A DNA stretch of 64,000 nt from Candidatus Omnitrophota bacterium (GTDB lineage Bacteria; Omnitrophota; Gorgyraeia; Tantalellales; Tantalellaceae), in contig JBDRBY010000081.1 in the NCBI GenBank assembly GCA_043822245.1, positions 10,773-74,772 on the forward strand, given 5' to 3'. Both the position numbers and the translations under genes were made by a program. Below the pieces are notes generated by a model that was given only the letters and a program-made list of their open reading frames with translations, was not told the DNA's origin and searched no databases. Positions 1 to 9,455 of this stretch are shown piece by piece (the first letter of the stretch is position 1; each line of letters begins with the position of its first letter).

Positions 1-1515
1 GACAATGTTTTTCAGATCGTCCCGATGGAAGAGCGGATATTTAGTTCAAAGTTATTGATATCACAGGTGCTGGGCAGGGGGTTGCGTATCCCGCGCAAGG
101 TTCTTAATGTTGATATCCTTCAGACCTATCCTTGGCTAACCGTAACCAATCATGAGAAGTTTGCCGGCCATATAAAAGAGCTGATGGATGCGGTTACAAA
201 TTCTGATATATATATTTTATCCGAGCCGTTGCCGATAGTTGATAAAGATAACTGGCGAAGCAAACATCATTTCTCGCTTTTTAATCTCAATTATTTATCG
301 GGAGTTAAATTTGAAGATGTCGATGAAAAGGATCAGTTGCCTCTTCCTGTAAGAGAGCTCGTATTGACAAAGTATGACGTTGATGAAAATGTTATTATTG
401 AACGGATTAAGGGCACAGAGAAATATGCCCTTAAAAAAAAGACCATTTCAGTCGATGCTTTGGTGGACGCGCGTTACCGCCGTTTTAAAAACAGGGAATA
501 CGAGGGGATACATTTTGACTTTGGGAATGGAGACTATAAGCGTTGTCCGGAAGAGGATGAGATCCGGAGCGCTATCCTTGCCGCTATGGAAAAAGCGGAG
601 ATTCCGGATAAAGGTTTAACGGAGGATAATAAAAAGCAGATAGACCTTTTCTTTAATCAATTTCTGCCTCGAGGCAAGAAAAAACGTGTATTCGAAAACA
701 TCAAGGGCGATATTGTACCTGCCAGCACGCAAAAATTAGAGCGCGGATCAATACGGGTCGGAGAGCTGGAGCGCGATGCAACGGCTTTTATCAGCGAATC
801 GTATCAAGAGGAAGTAGATGAAAAAACAAAAGCGCTGCTCAAACACCTTGCCGGTAATAGAAAGCCGAACGCACAGCAAACTCTCTTCCCTTTTGATCCA
901 ATCGGTTTGCTCAGGACACATAAAGAGTATGTTCGAGCATTGATAGAGAACGATGACCGGCCGCCTTACATTGTCAATCCGTCAGTGTTTAAGACGCCTC
1001 AAAGCACAATTCTTGTTACCCATACGCCCGAAAAGGAGTTTGTTTTTCGATTGCTTGAACATTCGCAATATTTGAATGCTTGGATAAAATCTCCGGATAA
1101 AGGGTTTTATTCGATTGATTACGAATATTGGAGGAAAGGAAAGGATCGGGTACGTCGTGGATTTAACCCTGATTTTTTCATTAAGATTAATTTGGATGAT
1201 TATATTGCCCTTTTGAAAAAGAAAGGTGCGGTAAGACATTTAGATGCGTTAAGAGATCTGCAAGAAAAAGGCATCGAGACCATCGTCAGAGTTGTAGAAA
1301 TTAAATCTGATGAAGATGATGACGAGGCAACGCCAGCCAAGGCCGAGTGGGCAAAGGCTCATTTTGAAGCCGTTAATCAGAAGCTACAGGATCCCCTGCC
1401 GGGTAATTTTGACAGGCAGTACGTAGGAGAGATAAAGCAATTCTATACATTTGACCTTCTTAAGCCGGACGGATATGTGAGTTGGTTCGAGGGCCTGAAA
1501 GAAGGGAAAATATGA
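1..1515 (+). CDS. Type III restriction-modification Res subunit (helicase-nuclease), C-terminal part; 5' end lies outside the window
   Basis: Frame is open from base 1 (DNVFQIVPMEER). Helicase motif VI 'QVLGRGLR' and C-terminal PD-(D/E)xK nuclease 'FNPDFFIK...VVEIK'. Confidence 0.8.
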   Translation, partial: DNVFQIVPMEERIFSSKLLISQVLGRGLRIPRKVLNVDILQTYPWLTVTNHEKFAGHIKELMDAVTNSDIYILSEPLPIVDKDNWRSKHHFSLFNLNYLSGVKFEDVDEKDQLPLPVRELVLTKYDVDENVIIERIKGTEKYALKKKTISVDALVDARYRRFKNREYEGIHFDFGNGDYKRCPEEDEIRSAILAAMEKAEIPDKGLTEDNKKQIDLFFNQFLPRGKKKRVFENIKGDIVPASTQKLERGSIRVGELERDATAFISESYQEEVDEKTKALLKHLAGNRKPNAQQTLFPFDPIGLLRTHKEYVRALIENDDRPPYIVNPSVFKTPQSTILVTHTPEKEFVFRLLEHSQYLNAWIKSPDKGFYSIDYEYWRKGKDRVRRGFNPDFFIKINLDDYIALLKKKGAVRHLDALRDLQEKGIETIVRVVEIKSDEDDDEATPAKAEWAKAHFEAVNQKLQDPLPGNFDRQYVGEIKQFYTFDLLKPDGYVSWFEGLKEGKI

Positions 1516-1533
1516 GGATGATGAAGAAGGATT

Positions 1534-1695
1534 ATGCCGGATGATTTATTTGATGAGTTTTTGGGATACGATTTTGTTATGGGCGCGGATGTCGTGAAAT
1601 GCCCGCATTGCGGGGCCGATGTGCCCTGTAGTTTGTTTTTCGATGACGAGGTCGAATGCCCAAAGTGTGGAAAGAAGTTTAAAAAGGATGATTGA
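1534..1695 (+). CDS. 53-aa double-CxxC zinc-ribbon microprotein (absent from the ORF track)
   Basis: MPDDLFDEFLGYDFVMGADVVKCPHCGADVPCSLFFDDEVECPKCGKKFKKDD*, with GAAGG upstream; fills the gap between Res and the ATPase. Confidence 0.7.
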   Translation: MPDDLFDEFLGYDFVMGADVVKCPHCGADVPCSLFFDDEVECPKCGKKFKKDD

Positions 1696-1732
1696 AAGAT
1701 GCATAGATTAAATTTAAAGCGAGGAGAGTTGT

Positions 1733-3385
1733 ATGACTGAATCACCATTTGAAATGCGGTTTGATCCTCAGACAATAAAGCATCTTGGTGTACGAATGTA
1801 TTCTAGACTTGCGCCCGCATTGGCGGAGATTGTTTCAAATGCGTATGATGCTGACGCAACTAATGTTACAATTACTTTGATCGAAAAAGACGGAAATCCA
1901 GAGGAAATACGGATTGAAGATGATGGAATAGGAATCGCATACGATGAAATCAATAGTAAATTTCTAGTAATTGGTAGAAACAGGCGTGATGCTGAAGGAG
2001 ATAATCGTTCAGAAAAGCATAAGCGCTTGCCTACCGGTAAAAAAGGTCTTGGAAAACTCGCGCTGTTTGGACTTGCCAAAACTATTACAATTTCAACAAA
2101 ACATTCCGGAACGCAAAATGAATTTGTATTAGCATGGGATGATTTGATGATAGCAAAGGGTAGTTATCGACCTAGAGCAAATAGCATTAACGTTAGCACA
2201 AGCGATGCCGATGGGACGATAATTACGTTGACAGGATTAAAACGAAAAACACCATTTGATTTTAATGGATTAGCGGACAGTTTATCTCGAATATTTATTT
2301 TCGATGAAAGTTTTAATTTGGTTCTTGAATCACCTTCGGGAGACAGAATCTCAGTAGATAATAAGAGAAAATATAGCCTATTGGATAAGGAATTTGAGTG
2401 GGATCTTGGGTCAACATTATTGGTACCTTCAGAATCTGAATATCACGGAAAAATAAACGGGCACCTAATAACTTCGGAAAAACCGATTACACCTTCTTCT
2501 GGTCTAAGAGGGATAACTCTTTTTTCGAGAGGAAAGCTTGTAAATGCTCCTGAATTTTTCTCCAGTAGCGCTTCAAGCCACTTTTTTCAATACCTTACCG
2601 GATGGATAAGTGTAGATTTTATAGATCTCTTAGACGATGATGTTATATCAACGAATCGTCAATCCATAGATTGGGAACATCCCGATATGACTAAATTAAG
2701 AAAATTTCTTTCAGGAATAGTTTCACAAATTAATGCGGATTGGAGAAAGAAAAGAAAGGAAAAAAAAGACAAAGATTTAAAAGAGAAAACCGGAATTGAT
2801 ACTGGAAAATGGATAGATACAATGCCTGACGATGTAAAAGCGAATGCAGCACAAATTATTGAGACATTAGGTGGAGAAGATGCGCTTGAGAAATTTACTC
2901 CTATAATAAAAGCTCTACACGAAATTGTGCCTGAATATCCTCTTTTACATTGGCGTCATTTACATCCTGTTGTGCAAGAAAAATCTAAGCAGTACTATAT
3001 TAATAAAGATTATTATACTGCTTTCATCGAGGCCATTAAAAAATATGCAGATTCAGTTAAACAAAAGTCCGGTAGCACTGTAACTCCCGATATCAGTTTA
3101 ATGGGGGCTGTATTCAAAGAAGCAGCGGGTGACTTAGATGTTATAGGCAATTACAAAAAACAAGATGACGGTGAATTTACAGCAGACACTAAGAATAATA
3201 TCCAAAGTGGACAACAACATTTGTCTCAAGGTATTATAGCTGGAGGACGTAATCCATTATCACATGAGGAACATGATGAATTAAGAATATCCGGTTTGTT
3301 TTCAGAAAAAGATTGCTTAGACTTACTTAGTTTATTGTCCCATTTATTTAAAAGGCTTGATAATTCCGTAAAGAGAGAGACGTGA
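1733..3385 (+). CDS. GHKL (HATPase_c_3/MORC-like) ATPase fused to a C-terminal TIGR02391/Ymh HEPN-like domain
   Basis: GHKL boxes 'EIVSNAYDADA', 'DDGIG', 'GKKGLGKLA'. C-terminal 'YYTAFIEA...LMGAVF...RNPLSHE' contains an RxxxxH motif. AGGAG RBS. Confidence 0.8.
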   Translation: MTESPFEMRFDPQTIKHLGVRMYSRLAPALAEIVSNAYDADATNVTITLIEKDGNPEEIRIEDDGIGIAYDEINSKFLVIGRNRRDAEGDNRSEKHKRLPTGKKGLGKLALFGLAKTITISTKHSGTQNEFVLAWDDLMIAKGSYRPRANSINVSTSDADGTIITLTGLKRKTPFDFNGLADSLSRIFIFDESFNLVLESPSGDRISVDNKRKYSLLDKEFEWDLGSTLLVPSESEYHGKINGHLITSEKPITPSSGLRGITLFSRGKLVNAPEFFSSSASSHFFQYLTGWISVDFIDLLDDDVISTNRQSIDWEHPDMTKLRKFLSGIVSQINADWRKKRKEKKDKDLKEKTGIDTGKWIDTMPDDVKANAAQIIETLGGEDALEKFTPIIKALHEIVPEYPLLHWRHLHPVVQEKSKQYYINKDYYTAFIEAIKKYADSVKQKSGSTVTPDISLMGAVFKEAAGDLDVIGNYKKQDDGEFTADTKNNIQSGQQHLSQGIIAGGRNPLSHEEHDELRISGLFSEKDCLDLLSLLSHLFKRLDNSVKRET

Positions 3386-4413
3386 TTAGAAATAAATATA
3401 ATGCCATAGACTTGTTTGCCGGTTGCGGCGGATTGTCGGAAGGATTGAAGCAAGCCGGATTTTGTACAATAGCGGCTTGCGAAATTGATCCGGTTGCCGT
3501 TGCGACTTACCGGCTTAATCATCCCAGTGTTACTGTGTTTGAGAACGATATTAAGCTGGTAAATACATCCGAAGTGAAAAAACTATTGGGAGGCGAGCCG
3601 GTACATTTATTAGCCGGTTGTCCGCCTTGCCAAGGTTTTTCTTCTTTGAGAAGGCTAAATAAAAAAAGATCAGTGCGGGATGGGCGTAATTCCTTAGTCG
3701 ACGAGTATTACCGATTTATTGAAAAACTCAGACCGTTAACTATCATGATGGAGAATGTGCCGGGGTTGCAAAATTATTTCAAATTTCAAAATATGATTAA
3801 GAAATTAGAAAGAATGGGCTATCGACTTGATACTGCAGTTGTCAACGTAGCTGATTACGGAGTGCCTCAACGGAGGAAAAGATTGATTGTGGTAGGTTCT
3901 TTGCTTAATGAAATAAAAATTGCGCCCAGTGTAAATATCAAGAAAACAGTGGCAATGTGTATTGGTTCCATCGAATCTATACAAGAAACGAAAGATTCAC
4001 TCCATAAAATAGTAGCGAAACATACTGATAAAATAATGGAGATGATTAGATTGATACCTAAGGACGGCGGCAGTAGAACTGATTTACCGAAAAAATATAT
4101 TTTGAAATGTCATAAACGCGACAATGTCGGATTCAATGACATTTACGGTCGGCTTAAATGGGATGATTGTTCGTCTACGATAACCGGAGGTTGTCTTAAT
4201 CCCTCAAAAGGGCGCTTTTTACATCCGTCTGAGCATCGAGCTATTACTGCTCGTGAGGCAGCTCTACTGCAAACTTTTCCTATGAATTATGAGTTTCCGG
4301 AAAATGCAACTAAAACTAAGATTGCATTAATGATAGGGAATGCATTGCCTCCGGAATTTTGTCGTTTGCAAGCGAAAAACATATTGGATCACCTGGTTGT
4401 GAATTATGGCTGA
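3382..4413 (+). CDS. dcm: DNA (cytosine-5)-methyltransferase
   Basis: Motifs I 'DLFAGCGG', IV 'GCPPCQGFS', VI 'ENVPG', VIII 'QRRKR', X 'IGNA'. GTG start overlaps the upstream TGA. Confidence 0.95.
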   Translation: MIRNKYNAIDLFAGCGGLSEGLKQAGFCTIAACEIDPVAVATYRLNHPSVTVFENDIKLVNTSEVKKLLGGEPVHLLAGCPPCQGFSSLRRLNKKRSVRDGRNSLVDEYYRFIEKLRPLTIMMENVPGLQNYFKFQNMIKKLERMGYRLDTAVVNVADYGVPQRRKRLIVVGSLLNEIKIAPSVNIKKTVAMCIGSIESIQETKDSLHKIVAKHTDKIMEMIRLIPKDGGSRTDLPKKYILKCHKRDNVGFNDIYGRLKWDDCSSTITGGCLNPSKGRFLHPSEHRAITAREAALLQTFPMNYEFPENATKTKIALMIGNALPPEFCRLQAKNILDHLVVNYG

Positions 4414-4825
4414 TATCTTTTCTCCGAGCAAAAGAACTGAGATAATGAAGAAGATTCGCACTAAAGATACCGGGTGCGAATTGACGGTTAGAAAGATGAT
4501 TTATGCTATGGGGTATCGCTATCGTTTACATAAGAAAAGTTTACCTGGAAACCCGGACATAGTTTTTAATAGGCGCAAAAAGGTAATATTCGTTAACGGA
4601 TGTCTTTGGCACGGATGTAAGAAGTGTAGTCGATCTAAGTTGCCGGAATCTAACGAAAAATTTTGGAAAGATAAAATTCAAGGAAATTTTGTACGGGACA
4701 AACGAAATTATAAAGAATTAAAAAAACTCGGATGGAATTATTTTTGTGTTTGGCAATGTGAGATTAAGAAAAAGAACGAAGATAAATTGAAATCGAGAAT
4801 AGATAAATATTTGAGAAGTGAGTAA
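4406..4825 (+). CDS. vsr: Very-short-patch repair endonuclease
   Basis: 'DIFSPSKRTEIM..IRTKDT', 'LPGNPDIVF', 'FVNGCLWHG', 'VWQCE'; overlaps dcm. Confidence 0.93.
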   Translation: MADIFSPSKRTEIMKKIRTKDTGCELTVRKMIYAMGYRYRLHKKSLPGNPDIVFNRRKKVIFVNGCLWHGCKKCSRSKLPESNEKFWKDKIQGNFVRDKRNYKELKKLGWNYFCVWQCEIKKKNEDKLKSRIDKYLRSE

Positions 4826-4925
4826 AAATGAACTTCTCGATATTGATTTAACAATCAATAGTACAGTTAAGGATTTCATGTAATTCCGGTGTCGTGCGGC
4901 GCAGTCCAAAATAATTAAGAGTAAA

Positions 4926-5603
4926 ATGACCAAAAAAATCATATCTGAAATTGATAACGAGCTAATTGCCGAAGAAAGTATTTTGGGAAATTCTAAATTT
5001 GTTTCACCGGATGAGTGGGGTGGATTCTGTACCTATCTTTTGAAACAGAATAGATATGTTTTGAGCAAGAAATGGAAAAGATTTATTGAAACGGTTTTGT
5101 TCACAGCTAAGAAACGGGAGCATCTTTTAAAATCAGGATCGGTATTATGCCGTGCGCGTATCGGTAGCGATGAACATGAGTATGAAGATGATCAAGGTGA
5201 ATATAGAATTGATATTAATCCGTTGCCTCCACCGGAAATAGATGCTCCACTTAGCGGAAAGGCGATAGAGGGGAGAATAAATCCTAAAGGGATTTCCTAT
5301 CTTTATTTAGCAAATAGTATCGAAACAGCTATATCGGAAGTCAGACCTTGGCTCAAACAGGAAGTTACGGTGGGACGGTTTAGCCTAGGTAAAGATGTAC
5401 TCCTTGTTGACGCATCTCAGGATAAACATAGTCGGTACGTTCTTTCAGAAAGAAAGATTGAAGAGCCATCGGAAAAATGGGAACCATTTGTCTGGAGAGA
5501 TATTAACCAATCTTTTTCTATCCCGGTTATATTCGGCGAAGAGCATATTCACTATGTTCCGACTCAATATTTATCTGAATGCTTTAAAAATGCGGTAAGT
5601 TAG
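4926..5603 (+). pseudogene. RES-domain (NAD+-consuming toxin family) protein, apparently 3'-truncated
   Basis: 'RAR', 'GRINPKGISYLYLA..TAISEVRP', 'YVPTQYLSE'. The ORF stops just before the expected G(Y/F)DGIxYxS segment, with the stop codon inside an inverted repeat. Confidence 0.65.
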
Positions 5604-5668
5604 GGGGACACAATACTTAATTATGGCAAACAGAGAAATGAATTAAGTATTGTTTCCCTCTAACTTAC
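5595..5668. mobile_element. Small inverted-repeat (MITE/REP-like) element
   Basis: GTAAGTTAGGGGGACACAATACTTAATT ... AATTAAGTATTGTTTCCCTCTAACTTAC: 28-bp arms, 2 mismatches, 18-nt loop. Confidence 0.7.
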
Positions 5669-5760
5669 TGAATTATAGAAATTTTAATTTAAAAAAATAC
5701 CCCGTGGTCCTCCTTTGAAAAGGGGGAAACATCACGCTGTTTATTTCAGGCAAAGCAGCC

Positions 5761-5786
5761 GTAGAGACGCGATTAATTGCGTCTCT
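5761..5786. repeat. GTAG-type REP palindrome
   Basis: GTAGAGACGCGATTAATTGCGTCTCT; near-identical copies at 31432 and 54677. Confidence 0.75.
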
Positions 5787-5856
5787 GCCAAATTTTTGTC
5801 GTCAACTATTTCTGTAGGTTGCATTTTCCGCGCCGATTAGGTATATTTGAGGTACT

Positions 5857-6225
5857 ATGGTATGGGAAGGAATGGACGAGAGAAGATTCCCCAGGGTTAA
5901 ATACACATGTTTGATTAAGGTGCATGGCGAAGATCAAGAAAAGCCGATTGAAGCCTTTACCGAAAACATTGGAACTGGAGGGGTATGCGTGATTGTGGAA
6001 AAGGAGTTTAAGCTTTTTGAGGGAATATCTCTTGAGATAGCATTAGGTGATGGAGGAGATATAATTTTATGTAAAGGAACAATAGTATGGGTGGTGAAAA
6101 AACACTGCGTAAAGAAATTAGAGAAAAACACATATGACGTTGGTGTGGAATTTTTAGATATACTGAAGGAAGATAAACAGCGCGTAGCCAATCTTGTTCA
6201 AGCGGGTTCAATTGCTAAAACTTGA
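5857..6225 (+). CDS. PilZ-domain protein
   Basis: 'ERRFPR' and 'NIGTGG' motifs; C-terminal 'GVEF'. Confidence 0.85.
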   Translation: MVWEGMDERRFPRVKYTCLIKVHGEDQEKPIEAFTENIGTGGVCVIVEKEFKLFEGISLEIALGDGGDIILCKGTIVWVVKKHCVKKLEKNTYDVGVEFLDILKEDKQRVANLVQAGSIAKT

Positions 6226-6250
6226 CATCCAAAAACGCGCGTGATATACT
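6222..6250 (+). promoter_or_regulatory. Sigma70-type promoter
   Basis: TTGACA-17 nt-TATACT with an extended -10 TG. Confidence 0.7.
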
Positions 6251-6302
6251 CCACGGCGATTGGATTTTTTAAGTCTATTTCGAAGAAGGAGGTGAAAAAA
6301 TT

Positions 6303-6632
6303 ATGCAGAGGATAGTAAAAACGTTATTTGTTTGTTGCGTTGTTGTATCTATGGTAGGTATGGCCGCTCAGTGTTACGCTCAGGATCCAGCGAAAAAATT
6401 AAGCAGGGGCATTGCTAATGTCTTGACGGGTTGGGTAGAGCTCCCCAAAAATATCTATGAAACAAGCGTTGAAGAAAATGTGCTCTCTGGCCTTACGATG
6501 GGTCTGGCCAAAGGTGTTGGTATGACAATAGTTAGAACGGGCGCTGGTGTCTATGAGGCAGTGACGTTTCCGTTTCCAATACCAGAAGAATATGAGCCTG
6601 TCTTAGAGCCTGAATTTGTATTTAGTGAATAA
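6303..6632 (+). CDS. Exosortase system-associated protein, TIGR04073 family
   Basis: Signal peptide, then 'KLSRGIANVLTGWVELPKNI...RTGAGVYEAVTFPFP'. GGAGG RBS. Confidence 0.85.
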   Translation: MQRIVKTLFVCCVVVSMVGMAAQCYAQDPAKKLSRGIANVLTGWVELPKNIYETSVEENVLSGLTMGLAKGVGMTIVRTGAGVYEAVTFPFPIPEEYEPVLEPEFVFSE

Positions 6633-6664
6633 TTTTACGAAGATGATTAATCAATCATTTGGAC

Positions 6665-6702
6665 GAAAAGGGAGCGATTAGACGTCGTTCCTTTTCCGTT
6701 TT
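6665..6702 (+). terminator. Putative intrinsic terminator
   Basis: GAAAAGGGAGCGA/TCGTTCCTTTTC hairpin followed by CGTTTT. Confidence 0.45.
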
Positions 6703-6733
6703 AGGAGACGTTTCTACAAAAAAAGGAAAACTT

Positions 6734-7093
6734 ATGGGAGAAAAGAGAAAATACATGCGGTTTGATGTTTTGCTTGAGGCGGTATGCTATACAGGAAAAG
6801 CGTTAAAAAAGTTAAAAGTAAACAATTTTTGCAAAGAAGGAATAGGCATATTAAGCGCTTCCCCTTTTTCTCAGGGGAAAGCTCTTGAGATAGAAATGAT
6901 GATTCCCGGAGATAATGTTCCGATAGTGGTTGAGGGTGAGATTGCCTGGACAAGCGCGGCAGTTTCAGATAATATGCAATATCAGGGAGGTGTTAAGTTT
7001 AAAAAAATTAGCAACGAGGATAAGAGCAGAGTGCTTGAGTACATTTATAAAAATTGGATAAAAAACGAGGGTCCTGAAAAAAACAATGAATAA
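6734..7093 (+). CDS. PilZ-domain protein
   Basis: 'EKRKYMR' and 'NFCKEG'. Start re-assigned to ATG 6734, which follows AGGA. Confidence 0.8.
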   Translation: MGEKRKYMRFDVLLEAVCYTGKALKKLKVNNFCKEGIGILSASPFSQGKALEIEMMIPGDNVPIVVEGEIAWTSAAVSDNMQYQGGVKFKKISNEDKSRVLEYIYKNWIKNEGPEKNNE

Positions 7094-7391
7094 TGGAGGA
7101 AAAATGAACTTAGATGAACAGAAAAAAGATGAAATAAATGAAACTGAAAATAAGGAAGAAAAGCCGAAACAAGAGGAGTCTTCCAAACAAGAAAAGAAGA
7201 AAGAATCTCCAAAAGAAAAAAAGGGTGACGCGAACCAGCCTAAACGTACGGCCCCTCTTAAACCTGCCGAATGCGCAGGATGTAGCAAGGCGTTATTGAA
7301 GAAGCTGTGGTATTACCGCGATGACGCTTTCTATTGCAATAAAAAGTGTTATAAGCGAAAGATAGAGGCGGACAGAAAGAAAGAAAAATAA
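7086..7391 (+). CDS. Hypothetical protein: charged low-complexity N-terminus plus a Cys4 zinc finger
   Basis: 'CAGC...FYCNKKC'; GGAGG precedes ATG 7104. Confidence 0.6.
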   Translation: MNNGGKMNLDEQKKDEINETENKEEKPKQEESSKQEKKKESPKEKKGDANQPKRTAPLKPAECAGCSKALLKKLWYYRDDAFYCNKKCYKRKIEADRKKEK

Positions 7392-7512
7392 ATTCGCAAG
7401 ACGCGTAGATAACCACGGGCGGGGTTTAGACCACGCCTGCGGCTTTGTCGAAGGCGGCACGCTCTACATTTGATTTTTATCTTGTTGAAAAATACAAGGC
7501 GCGTGTTATAAT

Positions 7513-7869
7513 ATGTCCATTGTGGCGGATGATTGTATTTTTTGCAAAATGGTGGAAAAGAATGTAAATGCCGAGACGGTTTACGAAGATGAAGAGGTTA
7601 TGGCGTTTAAGGATCTCAAACCGCAGGCTCCGGTTCATTTCCTTTTTATACCCAAAAAGCACATTTCTACTCTGAATGATATCTCGTGTCAAGATGTTGT
7701 TTTAATTGGTAACTTGTTTGCGAGAATTAAAGAAGTTGCCCATAAAAAGGGCTTAGATAAAGATGGATACCGTGTGGTCGTAAATTGTGGTAAAAATGCT
7801 GGGCAGGAAGTTTTTCATTTGCACGCGCATCTCCTGGGAGGCAGAGTTTTTTCATGGCCCCCGGGATAA
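7513..7869 (+). CDS. Histidine triad nucleotide-binding protein (HIT/HinT)
   Basis: 'DCIFCK', 'GQEVFHLHAHLLGGR', 'WPPG'. Confidence 0.95.
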   Translation: MSIVADDCIFCKMVEKNVNAETVYEDEEVMAFKDLKPQAPVHFLFIPKKHISTLNDISCQDVVLIGNLFARIKEVAHKKGLDKDGYRVVVNCGKNAGQEVFHLHAHLLGGRVFSWPPG

Positions 7870-7917
7870 GACGCGAACAACGAGCGACGAACGACGAGAG
7901 ACGAATAGGAGGATAAG

Positions 7918-8283
7918 ATGGAACATAAAAATGAACGCCGAAACTATCCGCGCGTGAAAGACGAAAATGTGTCTGTTAAACTGTCAGGGGAAGGCTTCAA
8001 TACTATTACACAAAGTCTGGATTTAAGCGCTTCAGGTGTTTATTGTAAGGTGGCCGAACGCATACCCTTGATGACACGAGTACAGGTTGTTCTTGTTCTT
8101 CCTGCCAAACAAAACTCATCTTCTGTAACTATGAATGTTGAAGGAGTTGTTGTAAGAGAGAATTCGCTTAAAAAAGACGGCAAGGTAGAACAGTATGATA
8201 TTGCTATTTTTTTTAGCAGCCTTTTGCCGAAAGAGAGAAAACAACTCATGCAATACATTAGCCGAAAATTAATACAGAGTTAA
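7918..8283 (+). CDS. PilZ-domain protein
   Basis: 'ERRNYPR' and 'DLSASG'. Confidence 0.88.
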   Translation: MEHKNERRNYPRVKDENVSVKLSGEGFNTITQSLDLSASGVYCKVAERIPLMTRVQVVLVLPAKQNSSSVTMNVEGVVVRENSLKKDGKVEQYDIAIFFSSLLPKERKQLMQYISRKLIQS

Positions 8284-8347
8284 TCGGTCCTTCCATTCCG
8301 CTTGAGCGCGAGCCAATAGCAGAGATAATAGGAGAATAATTTTTGAT

Positions 8348-8884
8348 ATGGGGATTTTGGTAAAACAAAAACCGGTCAAATTGGCAGTGAGTATAATCTT
8401 TAAAGATGAAGACTGCCGTTGGCGGGCAGAAGAGTGTTTAGTCAAAAAATATGGAAAGGTCGAGCCTGTAAATACGATACTTCCGTTTGATTTTACGGAT
8501 TATTATAGTGAGGAATTCGGCGAACCATTAAAAAGACAGCTCATGTGTTTTAAAAGATTGGTGGATAATGAAAAAATCTACAAGATAAAGCTAGAAACTA
8601 ATAAAATCGAAGATAGTTTTAAGAAAAATGGAAAAAGAGTCGTAAACATAGATCCAGGGTATGTTACGAAAGCAAAACTTGTGCTGCTCTCTACGAAAGA
8701 TTACTCTCATCGCGTGTACATAGGAGGAAAAATATTCGCGGAAATAACTCTTTTTTTTCAAGGAGGCACTTTTAAGTCCCATCCATGGACATATCCGGAT
8801 TACGCTTCTCAAGAAATAGTATCCTATTTTAATAAAGTTCGAGCAATTTACAGGGATGAAATTAAAAACAATCATGTTTATTAA
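8348..8884 (+). CDS. DUF4416 family protein
   Basis: 'FDFTDYY..EFG', 'RVVNIDPGY', 'STKDYSHRVY', 'PWTYPDY'. Confidence 0.88.
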   Translation: MGILVKQKPVKLAVSIIFKDEDCRWRAEECLVKKYGKVEPVNTILPFDFTDYYSEEFGEPLKRQLMCFKRLVDNEKIYKIKLETNKIEDSFKKNGKRVVNIDPGYVTKAKLVLLSTKDYSHRVYIGGKIFAEITLFFQGGTFKSHPWTYPDYASQEIVSYFNKVRAIYRDEIKNNHVY

Positions 8885-9455
8885 ACGAAAACACCTGTCT
8901 GTTATTCTTTTTTCCTCCATTGTCATTACAGTTGTTTTTGTTTGTACACTTCTGGGTTATATGCTCTACATACAGTGGAAGAAGGACAGTTATGCTTTGA
9001 ATTATAGCGACTCGATATGTAAATTGACGGCCGAGTTATTTGAAAAAGATATAGTTTTATCTAATGTGCGGGTTAAAGTTGAAGAGAAGGAATCTTTCCC
9101 CGATGTGCCTTTTATCGAAGGAAGCATTAAGAACAATTCGAATAAAGTTGTGACTTCTATCCTGATAGAAGCATCATTTTTAAAATCTGATGGGACAGTT
9201 GTTTATAAAGACTGGTTCTGTCCTTTGGGCGAAAGGTTCGCGCGCCAGAATTTTGGCGCGCCTGTTTTATTTTCGAGCATACGAGAAACAATAAATGTCC
9301 TTATGCCGGGAGAAAGTTTGCCGTTCAGGCATGTATTGAAAAACTGTCCCCGTGAGATTATCTCTCAATTTTTTTCAAGAATGGAATTTGCCAGAAATAA
9401 TTCAGAGGGTAAGATAAAGTTGGTTTATTCAATTTCAGGTATTGGTGTTTTATGA
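8856..9455 (+). CDS. Single-pass membrane protein with an FxLYD/Ig-like exported domain
   Basis: N-terminal TM helix; 'IEGSIKNNSNK...ASFLKSDGTVV'. Confidence 0.55.
   Translation: MKLKTIMFIKRKHLSVILFSSIVITVVFVCTLLGYMLYIQWKKDSYALNYSDSICKLTAELFEKDIVLSNVRVKVEEKESFPDVPFIEGSIKNNSNKVVTSILIEASFLKSDGTVVYKDWFCPLGERFARQNFGAPVLFSSIRETINVLMPGESLPFRHVLKNCPREIISQFFSRMEFARNNSEGKIKLVYSISGIGVL

Noticed and set aside
5595-5668. Integron attC site
   Set aside because: The GTTAG...CTAAC order is the reverse of the RYYYAAC...GTTRRRY arrangement; no integrase or cassette array is present.
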